Source: a virus. From it: 64,000 nucleotides of DNA. The DNA lies in the IMG/VR virus record IMGVR_UViG_3300045988_122545, positions 31,662 to 95,661 of that record; one strand, written 5' to 3'. Under the pieces are notes generated by a model. The model was not told where the DNA came from. It was given only the letters and a program-made list of their open reading frames with translations, and did not search any database. The position numbers were made by a program, and so were the translations under genes. This document shows, piece after piece, positions 1 to 11,370 of the stretch; position 1 is the first letter of the stretch, and the number at the start of each line of letters is the position of its first letter.

Positions 1-702
1 TTTATCGCTAATAACAAATGCAACTTCACCGAAATTACCAATGGTTGCACAAACTACTCCGTTATTATTAAGTGCTTTCTTTTTTACTATAATAGTATAA
101 TCGGATAAAGAAGGGGCACTACGATTAACACCATAATCATCAACTCCGTCAAATACAAGAGCATCTGGATAATTGGGTATCATTTCTAATACAATATTAC
201 AAGGGGCATCAGTAGTATCAGTTCCTGCTGAACGCATGCTTATTCCCACAGAAGTAGTTGATGTTGTGGGGTCTATATCATAGAACCCATCTTCCTTGAT
301 TTCTATGTATTGCTTTATACCCCCATCTTTTCTATGGTATCTAATTTGAACATAATTACCTGTTTTTGTGTAAAAGTCAGTTATCCCAGATATATTAAAG
401 GTCAAATTACCATTTATTGGAGTCGTATTAAAAAAATAGACTTCATAAGCATTCATTGTTCTTAATTCCCATTTGCCTTTCCCATAATTATATCCACCAT
501 ATCCGCTCATTTCTGAAAAAGAAAAACCATTAAGTGTTATATCATGTCCATTACCAGTCAAATCTTTAAGTATTGCTTTATCTTTATCATCATTAGTCTT
601 GCCTTTTGCTGACCAAGCGGCAATAAGCCCTGGGTAATTTATATTTCCGTCACTCCTTTTTAGAGCATTGGCTATCATAAGCCTTCGTCTGTACATACTC
701 AT
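1..702 (-). CDS. Tail fibre/receptor-binding protein, first 233 codons (C-terminus lies beyond the window edge); LamG/ConA-like lectin signature
   Basis: ATG at 700-702, 1 nt after the TGA (704-706) of the upstream gene. The frame stays open to position 1 with no TAA/TGA/TAG. Motif DLTGNGHDITLNGFSF resembles LamG-type fibre domains. Absent from the ORF track because it runs off the edge. Confidence 0.6.
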   Translation of the reverse strand, partial: MSMYRRRLMIANALKRSDGNINYPGLIAAWSAKGKTNDDKDKAILKDLTGNGHDITLNGFSFSEMSGYGGYNYGKGKWELRTMNAYEVYFFNTTPINGNLTFNISGITDFYTKTGNYVQIRYHRKDGGIKQYIEIKEDGFYDIDPTTSTTSVGISMRSAGTDTTDAPCNIVLEMIPNYPDALVFDGVDDYGVNRSAPSLSDYTIIVKKKALNNNGVVCATIGNFGEVAFVISDK

Positions 703-703
703 A

Positions 704-1153
704 TCAAGCCCCTCCCAATACAGCTATATTGTTTACGATAGATACTTGATAGGTCTTGCTTGCTTCAATGGTATTGCTACCTATCCACTTTACGCTTTCA
801 GGTAGTGTCAAAGTAGTAGGAGTTGTTCCAGAAGTAAATTCAAACATATATTCATACAATTTATTTTCTTCTCCTGCTGCTAAAGTCAAAGTGAGTGTTT
901 CCATCTCACCGAAGATGTAATATTCATTCGGTTGTAATTCCTTTGTATTCTCTGATACATTTTCTACAGATACTTTATCAGCTTTTGAAGATAATTCTGT
1001 TTTAGTTGCTAACTATCCTACATCGGGAATATTATCTGCATTTGTGTTAACCCCATCGACTAGTTCGTCAATCTTCTGACTTATCTGATTCATTTCAGTA
1101 GCTTGTAATACTTGTTCTGAAATGAAAGTTTTATTTAATTTATTTATTGCCAT
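704..1153 (-). CDS. Tail-fibre-module protein (149 codons, 1 in-frame TAG)
   Basis: ORF 704..904 extends upstream in frame through TAG 1013..1015 to ATG 1151-1153 (MAINKLNKTFISEQ...). Ends on TGA. Confidence 0.55.
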
Positions 1154-1154
1154 A

Positions 1155-1532
1155 TTATCTTATTTTATCAATGTTTAGTTTACCTATATCTAATTTTAAA
1201 TACTATTCGATTGGAGAAGTTTCAAATAATATTGTAACTTTATCTCCTGACTGATTTAATTCAAATGTATCAGGATTAATATTATTGTCTGAATTTAGAT
1301 AAAATTCTCCTAATACACAGTTACCATCTATAGAATACAAATCAAGATGTAATATATAATCATTACTAGTTTTTAATAATTTACCTTCTATTCTACCAGT
1401 AGTATTAACTTTAAAACTATATGAATCTTCAGTAAAATCAAATGGTGTAGCCATTTGTATATATGATAATTCAGGTATAGTTAAGTATGCTTGTGGATTT
1501 ACGAATAAAGGTCTTGTAAATATTGATTTCAT
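1155..1532 (-). CDS. Hypothetical tail-module protein
   Basis: ORF 1203..1532 ends on TAG (1203..1205). Read-through adds 15 codons and stops at TAA 1155-1157, 1 nt before the next ATG (1153). Its ATG overlaps the TGA of the fibre gene (ATGA). Confidence 0.5.
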
Positions 1533-4396
1533 TTCTATATTAATTTTTCAAGTTCTACAATTCGATTCTATAGTTCTGCTATTTTTGCACATATTGCTTC
1601 ATTGTAATTAAGCATTTTGTGCTATCCATTATCAGATACCATTTCAGGATATATCTATTCCACTTCTTGTGCAATAAAACCATAAGAATGTCTTCCTGTA
1701 TTTTTCCAATCAAATTCTACTAACCTTAATTCTCCTTTTGGTTTTAAATCAATTATATTATCTTTTAAATTAATATCAGATGAATTTTGTACCCCATCTC
1801 TAGTTACTACAAACGCATTGCTTCTTGAAGTATGACTTGTTCCATTACCAACAACAAACAAATTATTAGTATCCGATGAATAATCATTAAATGAACCTAC
1901 TACAAATTCCTAATCATTTTTAGCAACGTTACCTTGTCCATTAGACATGCTCTATAAACCTAAAGCAAGGTTGTTTTTACCAGTTACCATAGATTGTTTT
2001 GCAAAAGCAACATGTATTGAATCGTTCTACTAATTATAAGTAGATTCATATAATTGTAATAATGATTTGGAACTATTAGGATAATCTATACTTAAAATTA
2101 TTCCGCCGCCACCAAATGCTACTGTAGCATTACCGTAAGATGTACAATTATAGCCTACTGCAATAGATTGACTTTCGTGTATAGTATTATATAAACCAAC
2201 ACAAATTGAATTATTACTATAATTTTCATTTAGATTGTTATAGTCACCAACGGTTATAGAATTTTTACCAGAAACATTATTGAATTCACCAATAATTAAA
2301 TAATTAACTGTTCCAGATTGATGGTTATTAGTAATTTTATTATGACCACGAGAAGTAATAATTAATCCTTCGGACGCATTATCTATACTATTTGTAGTAT
2401 AAATACCAATAGTAATATTATTACCCGATATTAACTTATCAGAAACTGTAATACTATATGTCTTAATATGATTAGCGGTTGTTACTCCATCATTGCTCAC
2501 TGATAAAGCATTCATTCTTCCTTTATACCAATCACTACCGTAACCTATTTGAAATAAAGCATCTTCTTCATATAAATTATATTTTCCAAATACTGTTTGC
2601 CCATCACCAGCAATTAGATTTTCTCCGTGAACAAACGAATTATTACCTGTAGCCTAACATCCATTACCACCTGTATGAGAATTCACACCATAAGCACAGT
2701 TATTTGTACCTTCGTGATGAGATGCAATACCAATAGCTGCTCCAAGTTTTGTTACAGGTTCTATTGTTATTTCTGTTGGAGTGATATGACTATCAGATAT
2801 TTCTATATTATCTGCAATATTTGGAGAAGTAGAAAAAAGTCTATCAACATGATCTACCTTTGTTACTTTGTATATAACGTCGTTACATTTAAATAACTCT
2901 CCTGCTGATAATACAAATTGAGATTCCGTAGAATCAAATATATATTGAACACAATAACTATTATAACTACATATTTTTAACTTGCGAGTTCTTAAAAAAA
3001 ATGGAGCTTCTACTTTTAAATCAACTTTACCTTCTGCGTGTGAACATTCACCTATTGCTTGGGTCAAATAACCTTCTACGTGTGATCTAGCCCCACTTGC
3101 TACCGTACTATCACCTTCTGCGTGAGATTTATTACCTGATGCAGAAGTATGATAATTTTCAGCATGTGAATAGATTCCTGTAGCATAATTGTTATCATAA
3201 TTATTAAATATTTCTCCTGTTCCGTTAGAATTTGGGTCTACTTCACCAACATTACTACTACCAGATATGGTTAAATCTCCTTCACCTAAAATCGACTAAC
3301 CATTTATGGTCTTAATATTAGTACCACTTACAAGTGTATTTTGTTTATTATCTAAAGCAATTTGTACCACATTAGATATTGGTTTATTGATATCTGATGT
3401 ATTATCAACATTTTCTAAACCTATCTAAGCTTTAGTTACATTATGTGGATTTAAAGTATTTCCAATATGAGAATCAGTTTTATTTTCCAAAGCTTTACCT
3501 CTAGCACCATCAAAGGCAGTACCTGTTACTTCTCCAATAACTGTAGGAGCTCCTACAACAGTAAATTGTGTACCAGTCCATCTAAATTGATACGCACTAT
3601 CACTACCAGTAATATCAACATAAATCTTTCCAGATTCTCCAGTTATCGCATTTTGATGTTCCGCATCAGAATATAATTTGATATTAGATAAAGTACCATC
3701 TTCTTCTTTAGAATACGTAGCATAACAATCTATTACATCATCTACATACGATGGTAATTGATTAGAAGGTATTAATCCTTGTTCATTCAGCGTGGCTATA
3801 CCGTTTGCAGTACCCATTTCTGAACGTTTTACTTGAGCGTCATTTGTTACATTAGAAAGACCTACTTGTTGTTTTGTAACATTATGAGGATTGTTTTTAT
3901 TATTTATATGCGATGTTAAATTACTTTCTATTTCAGTTATATTCTAACTTATCTTATTTTTTAAATCAGATAGAATAGATTGTAATGTATCAGTATCCTC
4001 ATAACCAGTTAAGAAATTTAAAATTTCATTATATTTGTCAATAAATTCTGAAGCACTTTCACCAAGTAATGTCTCTAGACTAGCATTAATATTTTCTATC
4101 TATTCGTTTATTGTATTTAAACTAGAATTTGTTTCATTCTTGTATTCTTCAAAATCTTCTTTATGTTGTAATAAATCATTTTCACATTCTTGTATTTCTA
4201 TAAGTAGTTCATCTAACTTATGCTTAAAACTAATGATTTCGTCATAAGTACGCTAATCGATTCTTTCCCATTCAACGCCATTATAGCATTTTATTACACA
4301 ACCGTATCTGTCTTCACTTAAATCAATCCAATATTCTATTTCTTCTGGTTTTGGAGCGATTGTTGAAGCTAAAAATCTAATTCTACCTATTACCAT
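1529..4396 (-). CDS. Long tail fibre with C-terminal peptidase-S74-type intramolecular chaperone domain (955 codons, 14 in-frame TAG)
   Basis: ORF fragments 1655..1861, 2030..2515, 2654..3067 and 3425..3817 share one frame and are separated only by TAG. ATG 4394-4396 lies 4 nt after the upstream TAA. Stop is TGA 1529-1531. In-frame TAG codons start at 4253, 4100, 3944, 3425, 3296, 2654, 2030, 2027, 1952, 1910, 1655, 1622, 1568 and 1535. Motifs: NPHNVTK.QVGL.NV fibre repeats, GNGTS...RSNAF, GFIAQEVE..YPE...LNYN (S74 chaperone). Confidence 0.8.
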
Positions 4397-4400
4397 ATTA

Positions 4401-4859
4401 TTAACCGTTAAATTCTACTAATTTTGTTTTATTATCCGTAGTATAAGCATCAACGTGAACCCAAGTTACATCTCGTTCCAATCTTATCGGATATTCAAAT
4501 TTATCAATATTAGAACGTATAAGATTTTTCACTTCTTCTGCAGACATATCATTAACAGTAAAGTCAATAGCTTTTCCTAATGAGTGCGAGCTTACATATA
4601 CCTTATTAGAATTAGTTTTATCTTTGCATAACTAACATATATTACATCTTAATCCTCTTTGTGTTAGATTATTATCATAAGAATTAATAATCATTGGTTT
4701 TTTGATTATTTGAGTACGTAATGTATAAATAATGCTCAGTAGTTCAGTTGAAATGAACTACCAAGCATTATCTCCAAAAGTATTAACACAATGAGGACAA
4801 ACTAATTCTTTCAACTAAAAATACTTTTTAACTTCTTTAATTAATTCGTCTCTTTCCAT
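4401..4859 (-). CDS. Zn-dependent cell-wall peptidase, M15 (VanY / L-Ala-D-Glu peptidase-like) family; 3 in-frame TAG
   Basis: ATG 4857-4859 to TAA 4401-4403 with TAG at 4815, 4758 and 4632. Motifs SSHSLGKAIDF (H..G.A.D) and WVHVD. No ORF-track entry because it is split into pieces shorter than 60 aa. Confidence 0.7.
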
Positions 4860-4863
4860 AATA

Positions 4864-5148
4864 TTATTCTTTTATTTCTTCTGCTGTTGGTTTATTTTCA
4901 TTAACAGTATCTTCAAATGCCTTTTGAACAAATGCTTTAAAACCTTTCTTAAGAATATCTTTTATTCTTTCAATCTGTTCATCTGTTAATTCAACTTCAC
5001 CGTTTTTATAAATATCTTGAGCTAAAATTAAATCTTCAAGATTTTGTGTTTCGCTATAAATAAAATTAGCTACTTGCTTAGAACAATCTAAAGGTAATTT
5101 ATTACCTTCAAGATCTGTCATCATTAACTGTTTAAAATTTATTTTCAT
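4864..5148 (-). CDS. Hypothetical protein (94 aa)
   Basis: Intact ATG..TAA ORF, tightly packed between neighbours. No TAG. Confidence 0.6.
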   Translation of the reverse strand: MKINFKQLMMTDLEGNKLPLDCSKQVANFIYSETQNLEDLILAQDIYKNGEVELTDEQIERIKDILKKGFKAFVQKAFEDTVNENKPTAEEIKE

Positions 5149-5161
5149 CGTTTCTTAATTT

Positions 5162-7282
5162 TTAACCAAAGTAATTAAAATACCATATTCCTTTTTTACC
5201 AGAACCTTGCGTTAATACTTCACTATAAACAAAAAATCCAGCCTCTCTACCACCAAATTGTACCTATGTAGCAAAATCACCGTCGCTAGCTCCTTCATTA
5301 ATACATATTGTAGTATTTCCTTTTGCTCTGACATATATCACACCGTGATAATTACCTTTTCTCACAATATACATTTGTCCTTCTTGAGGATTAGTTGGAA
5401 GATTTACACCAGTTATTGAATTACTTGTTACGTATACAAAAGTATCAGCATCGGTCATATTATAATATCCTTCACTATCTTTTTCACCACTTTGTAAATT
5501 ATATGTTGTCTTTACGTTAAATCGTAATCCTCGTATAAAACCAGATTCTATGTTTATAGCTATATTACCACTATAAGCAACATTGCTATATTTACGTCCT
5601 CCATTACAAGATATAAACAATCCAACGTTTTCATTCCAAGTAGCTGAAGAGTTAGATATATTTCTATATATACCTATAGGCATAGACATTCCTAAACTAC
5701 CTGGTAATACTCCTGAGCCGTCTGCTCCAAAACTAGCACGTATATCTCTATTACCTATATTTGATCTAAAATATAAACTGGATGATGATAATCGCATATA
5801 ATTACCAGATCCATTTGAACCAGAACTTAAACTACCAGATATATTAAACGCTCCTATATTACCAGAATTAATTGTTACATTATAAAATGTACCAGATGTT
5901 GCATTAACAACTCCTGTTATATTTGCATTCTTTGCAGTCATTGTTCCATCTGAAGTTACTGTAAAATTGTTACCCACCTATATCTGATTTGTCCATATAC
6001 CAATATCAGCTATAACTTTATCTACGTCAATCAGATTAGTTTTTATTTTACCACCTTCTATCAAAGTAACATCACCATCATCTGATTCTACTATAAGTTT
6101 AGCTTTTACTGTTAATAATCCTTTACCGCCATCTTCAGTAGGATCATATTTTACATATGATGTTGATTTATCTTTAGTACCTACATACATTCTACCATAC
6201 ACATTCATATATGCTTGTTGCTATGATTGAGTAGTATCGTAAGCCATTTCTATAATTGCTTTTCCGTCGGTACTATAATTATTTATTCCTTGATACATTT
6301 GTATTGCAGGAGCATTATCAGCGTAAGTAGTTAAAGATATAATATTCTATCTTTTTACATCATTCTTATTACCATACTATATTAATGTATCTCCCTCTAC
6401 AGGTTGTGTATTTGTACTAGGATCTACATCAGTTTTTGATAAATCTATATAATCTTCTCCAACGCCTAATACTTTACCCCAATAATATCTATTTTTAGCC
6501 CCTTCGTTTACTCCTTCAGCAACATTGAATTGTTGTATTTTAGCTAAGTCTCCAGCTTGAAAATCAGTTTTAATCTATTCTGTATTACCACCATCTTTTT
6601 CATCTTTATTTTTAAAATAACAACGATATACAGATTGATATTCATCTTCATATAACTGTGTAGTCTCTTCTACACGAATTATGTTATTACTTGCTGGGGA
6701 GATAACTAAATTTCCACCAATAGATGTAATTTTTTTGATTTCTAGAGTATTAAACATGGCTGCACCTCTAACAGCCAAATCATCCACCTCTATGTAAGAT
6801 TTACCGCTAGATTTTATTTTACATATAAAACCGCTACCTAAATCAGTACCTTCAGATGCATTTCTAGATTGAATATTATCGATGTATATAGTTTTCCCTT
6901 TATTGAATGTCAAACTTCCTTCAACAACATCATCATTTTTGGATGATACCCAATCTTCAATTGTTCTAGCTGCAGAATATACATTTTCATTAGTAGGACT
7001 AGTATCGTCGCCTATACCTATCACATATACATTAGATTCACCGCCTTCACCTGGCTAAAGTCCAATTTCATCATATTGGGCATTTTTCCATTTACCTGTT
7101 TTATCATAAACTAGTACGTCGTTTTCGGCAGGATACTATACACTAACATCTAATAAACGTGTAAGATATTTTGTGTTTTCAACTTTTGTATCTACACGAG
7201 CAATAGAGTCGGCAAGAGTATCCGTTTTTTCAGTAAGTTGCTAAACGGTATTTACTAAATCATTATATTCATCTTGTGTCAT
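5162..7282 (-). CDS. Tail spike/fibre-like structural protein (706 codons, 9 in-frame TAG)
   Basis: ORFs 5264..5977, 5978..6208 and 6575..7024 are in one frame and joined by TAG (7241, 7136, 7055, 6575, 6377, 6347, 6221, 5978, 5264). ATG 7280-7282 overlaps the upstream TGA (ATGA). True stop is TAA 5162-5164. Gly/Asn/Ser-rich beta-type sequence. Confidence 0.7.
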
Positions 7283-7512
7283 TTGTTTATATTTTTTATA
7301 AGTTTTTGAACTATATGCTGTTGTTCTTTAGTAAGTGATGCGTATTCCATAAACCACTGACAAAACGATGTACAGACATAATTTAAAATCTCTTCCGAAT
7401 TATAATTAATATTGTATTTTACAATTTGATTTAATTTCTTACCATAATTGTATAATTGCTCATCTTTTGTTGTATACACATGTCCCATTTTTGCAAGTAT
7501 TACATTCAACAT
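7279..7512 (-). CDS. Hypothetical protein (77 aa)
   Basis: ATG..TGA ORF. An in-frame TAA lies 9 nt upstream of the ATG. Stop overlaps the next start. Confidence 0.45.
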   Translation of the reverse strand: MLNVILAKMGHVYTTKDEQLYNYGKKLNQIVKYNINYNSEEILNYVCTSFCQWFMEYASLTKEQQHIVQKLIKNINK

Positions 7513-7984
7513 TTTGATTGTTTATATGACACGGACCATCCAATAATCTCATCAAATCTACATAACTACTTACTATTTCTTCTATACTATTATAGAACGA
7601 TAAAGCGTTATAAAATAAACTTAATCTAAATGAACACATCATAATTCGTTCTTTCTGAAGTTTATCTAAACATGTATTACAATAAAATTTTAATAATTTA
7701 TAAACATCTTCATCTAATTTTTTAGAATCATATGCGAAATGATGATTATTGTTTTCAGTAAAAATTATAGCACTTATCTCTAAATCAGATATATCTATAC
7801 TATATCCGTATTCTTCCTTCTAAAAGTCTTCGAATGTTATTACTTTAGTATGATTGGATGCTTCTTCAGAATGTACATTATCGATATTGCATACTTTATC
7901 TAAGAACATTGTCTATGCAATTTCTTCACTAGAAGTAATTATAATCAACTTTTGATTTTCTATATAAATATATTTAATTTCCAT
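7460..7984 (-). CDS. Hypothetical Cys-rich protein (174 codons, 2 in-frame TAG)
   Basis: ATG 7982-7984 reads through TAG 7913 and 7820 into ORF 7460..7642. CxxC-type pairs (CNTC...CHIN...CNTCKNGTC). Confidence 0.5.
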
Positions 7985-7995
7985 AATTAATAAAT

Positions 7996-8033
7996 TAAAA
8001 AAGGCGAAGCCGAGGATTACCCTCAACCTCGCC
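7996..8033 (-). terminator. Rho-independent terminator after the 8058..9044 gene
   Basis: Minus-strand RNA GGCGAGG-UUGAGGGUAAUCCUCGG-CUUCGCC (7-bp outer stem including one G-U, plus an inner GAGG/CCUC stem) followed by U6. Confidence 0.7.
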
Positions 8034-8057
8034 AGAGTTATAAAGAAACTTTGAAAA

Positions 8058-9044
8058 TTATTTTTCTGCAGTACCTGAAATAAAGCTCTTTAAGTTCTTA
8101 TAGAATCGTGAACTTGACAAAGAACCTGATTTAACGTATACTTCAGTAGTAAGAGGAGTAGACTTAACATACTGATTATCACAGCTCAAGTAAGCATTAT
8201 CATTTTCAATAGTAAGATAATCATATGTAGTACCTTCCTGTACATTACGTTTCTGTTCAATTACTGGATAAGCATCAGTAAATACATGACCTTTATAACC
8301 CATGCAACGCATTTCACGGTCACGCACTTGCTTCCAATAACCTTTACCAGGATTACCATCAGTCTTAGTCATCGTCATACCAGGAACAGTTGCAGGAACG
8401 TTAGATAACAATGCACCAGGAATAGTTACATAGATAGAAGCTTCCATGCATACTACTGTATATTCATTAATAGAATATAATCCTTCATTATCATCTTTTT
8501 CCAAAGCTGTCAAAGTTAATTTCTTACTTAAACTAGTAACAGATACACGACGATTCTTATGAGCATTGATCTGTTTAGCAAAAGCATCACACAAATCCTG
8601 AGGAGTTTCTGTCTGAGCAATTACTTCATAAGTATGAGTAAACTGACCCGGAGCTTCATACAAATCTTTATAAACAATGCGTAATACATATCTATGACCA
8701 ATAACAATTTCTGCACTAGCCATATTGAACTCAATCTTTTCCTGAACAGGAGCAGAATAAGCCTGCATTACACTATTCAAATTTTTACCTTTTTGGATTT
8801 CATTAGAAAATTCGATTTCTTTCTTATCTTCCAATGCACCAGTTTGAGGGTTAACTACTTTCATAGTACCTTTGCAAACACCTACATAAACAGAGTTTGC
8901 AGCTGCTGATTTTGCACCATCAGTAAGGATATTTTTATTTTCATCAAACAATGCTACTTCACCTACATTCAAAGCATCTGCTGTAGAATAACTAGCTGGG
9001 CAAGCAGCATTTGCGATCATTACACTATCAACTCTTGTAATCAT
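8058..9044 (-). CDS. Probably abundant virion structural protein (328 aa), function unknown
   Basis: Intact ATG..TAA ORF with no TAG. GC-richer, biased codon usage. Followed by a strong terminator. Confidence 0.6.
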   Translation of the reverse strand: MITRVDSVMIANAACPASYSTADALNVGEVALFDENKNILTDGAKSAAANSVYVGVCKGTMKVVNPQTGALEDKKEIEFSNEIQKGKNLNSVMQAYSAPVQEKIEFNMASAEIVIGHRYVLRIVYKDLYEAPGQFTHTYEVIAQTETPQDLCDAFAKQINAHKNRRVSVTSLSKKLTLTALEKDDNEGLYSINEYTVVCMEASIYVTIPGALLSNVPATVPGMTMTKTDGNPGKGYWKQVRDREMRCMGYKGHVFTDAYPVIEQKRNVQEGTTYDYLTIENDNAYLSCDNQYVKSTPLTTEVYVKSGSLSSSRFYKNLKSFISGTAEK

Positions 9045-9152
9045 TTTTTAATTTATTAATTTGTTAGACTTCGCGCCAGTCTTCGCTCTATTCTTCTACT
9101 TTCCTATTTACTAAGTAAATTAATTTCCACGTCGAATAAGCGCATTAATTTA

Positions 9153-9881
9153 TTATTCCATTACTTGCGTTTCCTAAGCAAGTAAATTATAATTCTGTGT
9201 TGGTTTATTTGCCGCATATAATCTGACTGCTAATTTAACAATCTCCATATGCGTATGTGATGGCAATTCTGTATATTCCTAAGATAAATCATCATTAGTA
9301 AATATACCTTTAGGTTTGCTTAAATATACTAAATTATATTCTGCAACTTTATAATTACCATCTGTATATAAAACAATGTTGTTACCTTGAATCAATTTTA
9401 AAGGTCTTGCATAACAATGTTTTAATTTGTGTTCAGATAAAGAATTAGATAATTGTCTATCTATGGTTTCAATAGTTGATTCTAAAGTATCTACATTTTT
9501 CACTATATAATTGTTGTCAGAATCTTTCTTCCAGCAATCATTAATAATACCATCTGCAGGACTTATTCCAGCTGTATCTCCAAGTAAAAGAGTGTAATCT
9601 TCTGGAAGTTCTACAATATATTTAGGATTATTATTAATTATTTCTGTAGTATACTTTTTATTTCTAACTAAAGTACGTAAATCATCTATTCTCTTCTGTG
9701 ATTGTTCAAATCCTTCTTGTTTAGTATTTAAACCAGAATATCTTGTTTTCCAAAAAAGATCAATAGCTTCATTTAATATAGAAAACAACTAATCAGATGT
9801 TAACTTATTTTCAGCTACTAATTTAGCGTCATTCAATTGGAGTCTACGTTCCAATTCAATCTACATTTCACGTTTTGTCAT
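9153..9881 (-). CDS. Structural protein, connector-like paralog A (242 codons, 4 in-frame TAG)
   Basis: ATG 9879-9881 lies just after the upstream TGA (9883-9885). TAG at 9861, 9789, 9279 and 9174. Stop is TAA 9153-9155. The post-TAG tail ELPSHTHMEIVKLAVRLY is homologous to the C-terminus of the neighbouring gene. Confidence 0.6.
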
Positions 9882-9882
9882 A

Positions 9883-10590
9883 TCATTCCTCCATTTGAAT
9901 TAATTGACTCTTTGTTGAAAATCTTTGTGATTCTATATTTTCTAAAGCTAATTGTACTGCTCTATTAACAACTTCGTACCATGTTTGATCTGGTAATTCA
10001 CTTAAACCTAAATCAGATGGTAGATTGTTAATCAAACACGGATGTTTAACGTACGTTAAATCTAATCGATATTCATCCGCATTCATTGATATCGGATCAT
10101 AATATATTTTTAAAGTATTATTTTCAATAACACCAACTGGATTATCTATCCAAGGGATATTATTATTGGTCTTTATAAAATTCTTTATCTATGTATGATC
10201 CAATAATTTTACAGTAGCACAATTATCTTTTCCATCTTTAATCCAGTGAAATACAGAAGATACATAAAACATTCTTCCTCTATTGTTAGTCTATCTGTTT
10301 AAAAGATTTACTAATGACGCACAGTTCGTATTTTCACTAGCATTTAGTTTTAAAGACTCATCTGTTCTAATAAGTCTATCAAAATCAGAGATACGTTTTA
10401 CATCACCTTCAAATTTTACTTCGTTTTCAGTACCACCTGTAAACTTTGTCATAAGTAATGCATAGTATCCTTTATTTATCCAATAATCTATTTCAGCGTC
10501 AATAAATGCAGGTACACCACCGTATGCTACACTATTAGAATTTTTGTCTAATTCTACTTTAAAGGCTATATGTAATTCGTCTCTATTCAT
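9883..10590 (-). CDS. Structural protein, connector-like paralog B (235 codons, 2 in-frame TAG)
   Basis: ORFs 10291..10590 and 9883..10086 are in frame and joined through TAG 10291 and 10189. C-terminus is LSELPDQTWYEVVNRAVQLALEN. Confidence 0.6.
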
Positions 10591-10592
10591 TA

Positions 10593-11345
10593 TTACTTAG
10601 ATTTAATTTCTTTAAGTATCGCTAAATAAATATCTTGGTTCTTCTTATCTTTAAGATAAGCAATAACGTCATCAACACCATTACCGATAACATCTGTACC
10701 AAAATAATAAGTAGCTCTATTCTTTCTAATAATATTTTTACTCAAAGCTTCTTCAATTACAAAACTGTATTCTTTATCAGGATTTTCAATCCAAATACTG
10801 ATAAATTTGGCAGGATTCTTTTCTACGTTTTCTGTAAGTTTAGCTTCTACTACTTCATTAGACAAAGTATCTGATTTAACACCGAACAGACGTAAACATT
10901 TACGCATATCATCCAATGTCATCTTATCCAAAGCACGATAAGCTTCACGTTTAGTTTTATTATATTTATTCTGTTCTGTAGCTTCAAGATCTTTATCTAC
11001 GATTACATAATCTGTTTTAGGACTAATCTTACTTACTCCATCTGCAACGTGTTTATGATTCTTTAGAAACAAATATTGTAATTCACCTTCAGGAGTATCG
11101 GTGTTTATAATAAGTTCTTTTCTACCAATTTTAACAGCAAAAGTATCCCAGAAAGAACTATCTGGATCTAAATGACCCAACGGTAATCTCATTTTTTCTT
11201 CTAATTCTCTTGCTTTCTACGTAGTTAAACCTGTATATCTACTACCTGATCTAGTCCAATATGAACTAATAAAATCGAAGCATTTATCCCATTTAATCAA
11301 TCCTGTCCAAGGATTTGTTTTTGTCATTCTAACGATTACTTCCAT
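10593..11345 (-). CDS. Hypothetical structural-module protein (250 codons, 1 in-frame TAG)
   Basis: ORF 10593..11192 extends through TAG 11217..11219 to ATG 11343-11345. Ends on TAA. Confidence 0.55.
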
Positions 11346-11370
11346 AATTATATTTAATTAGATTATCTAG

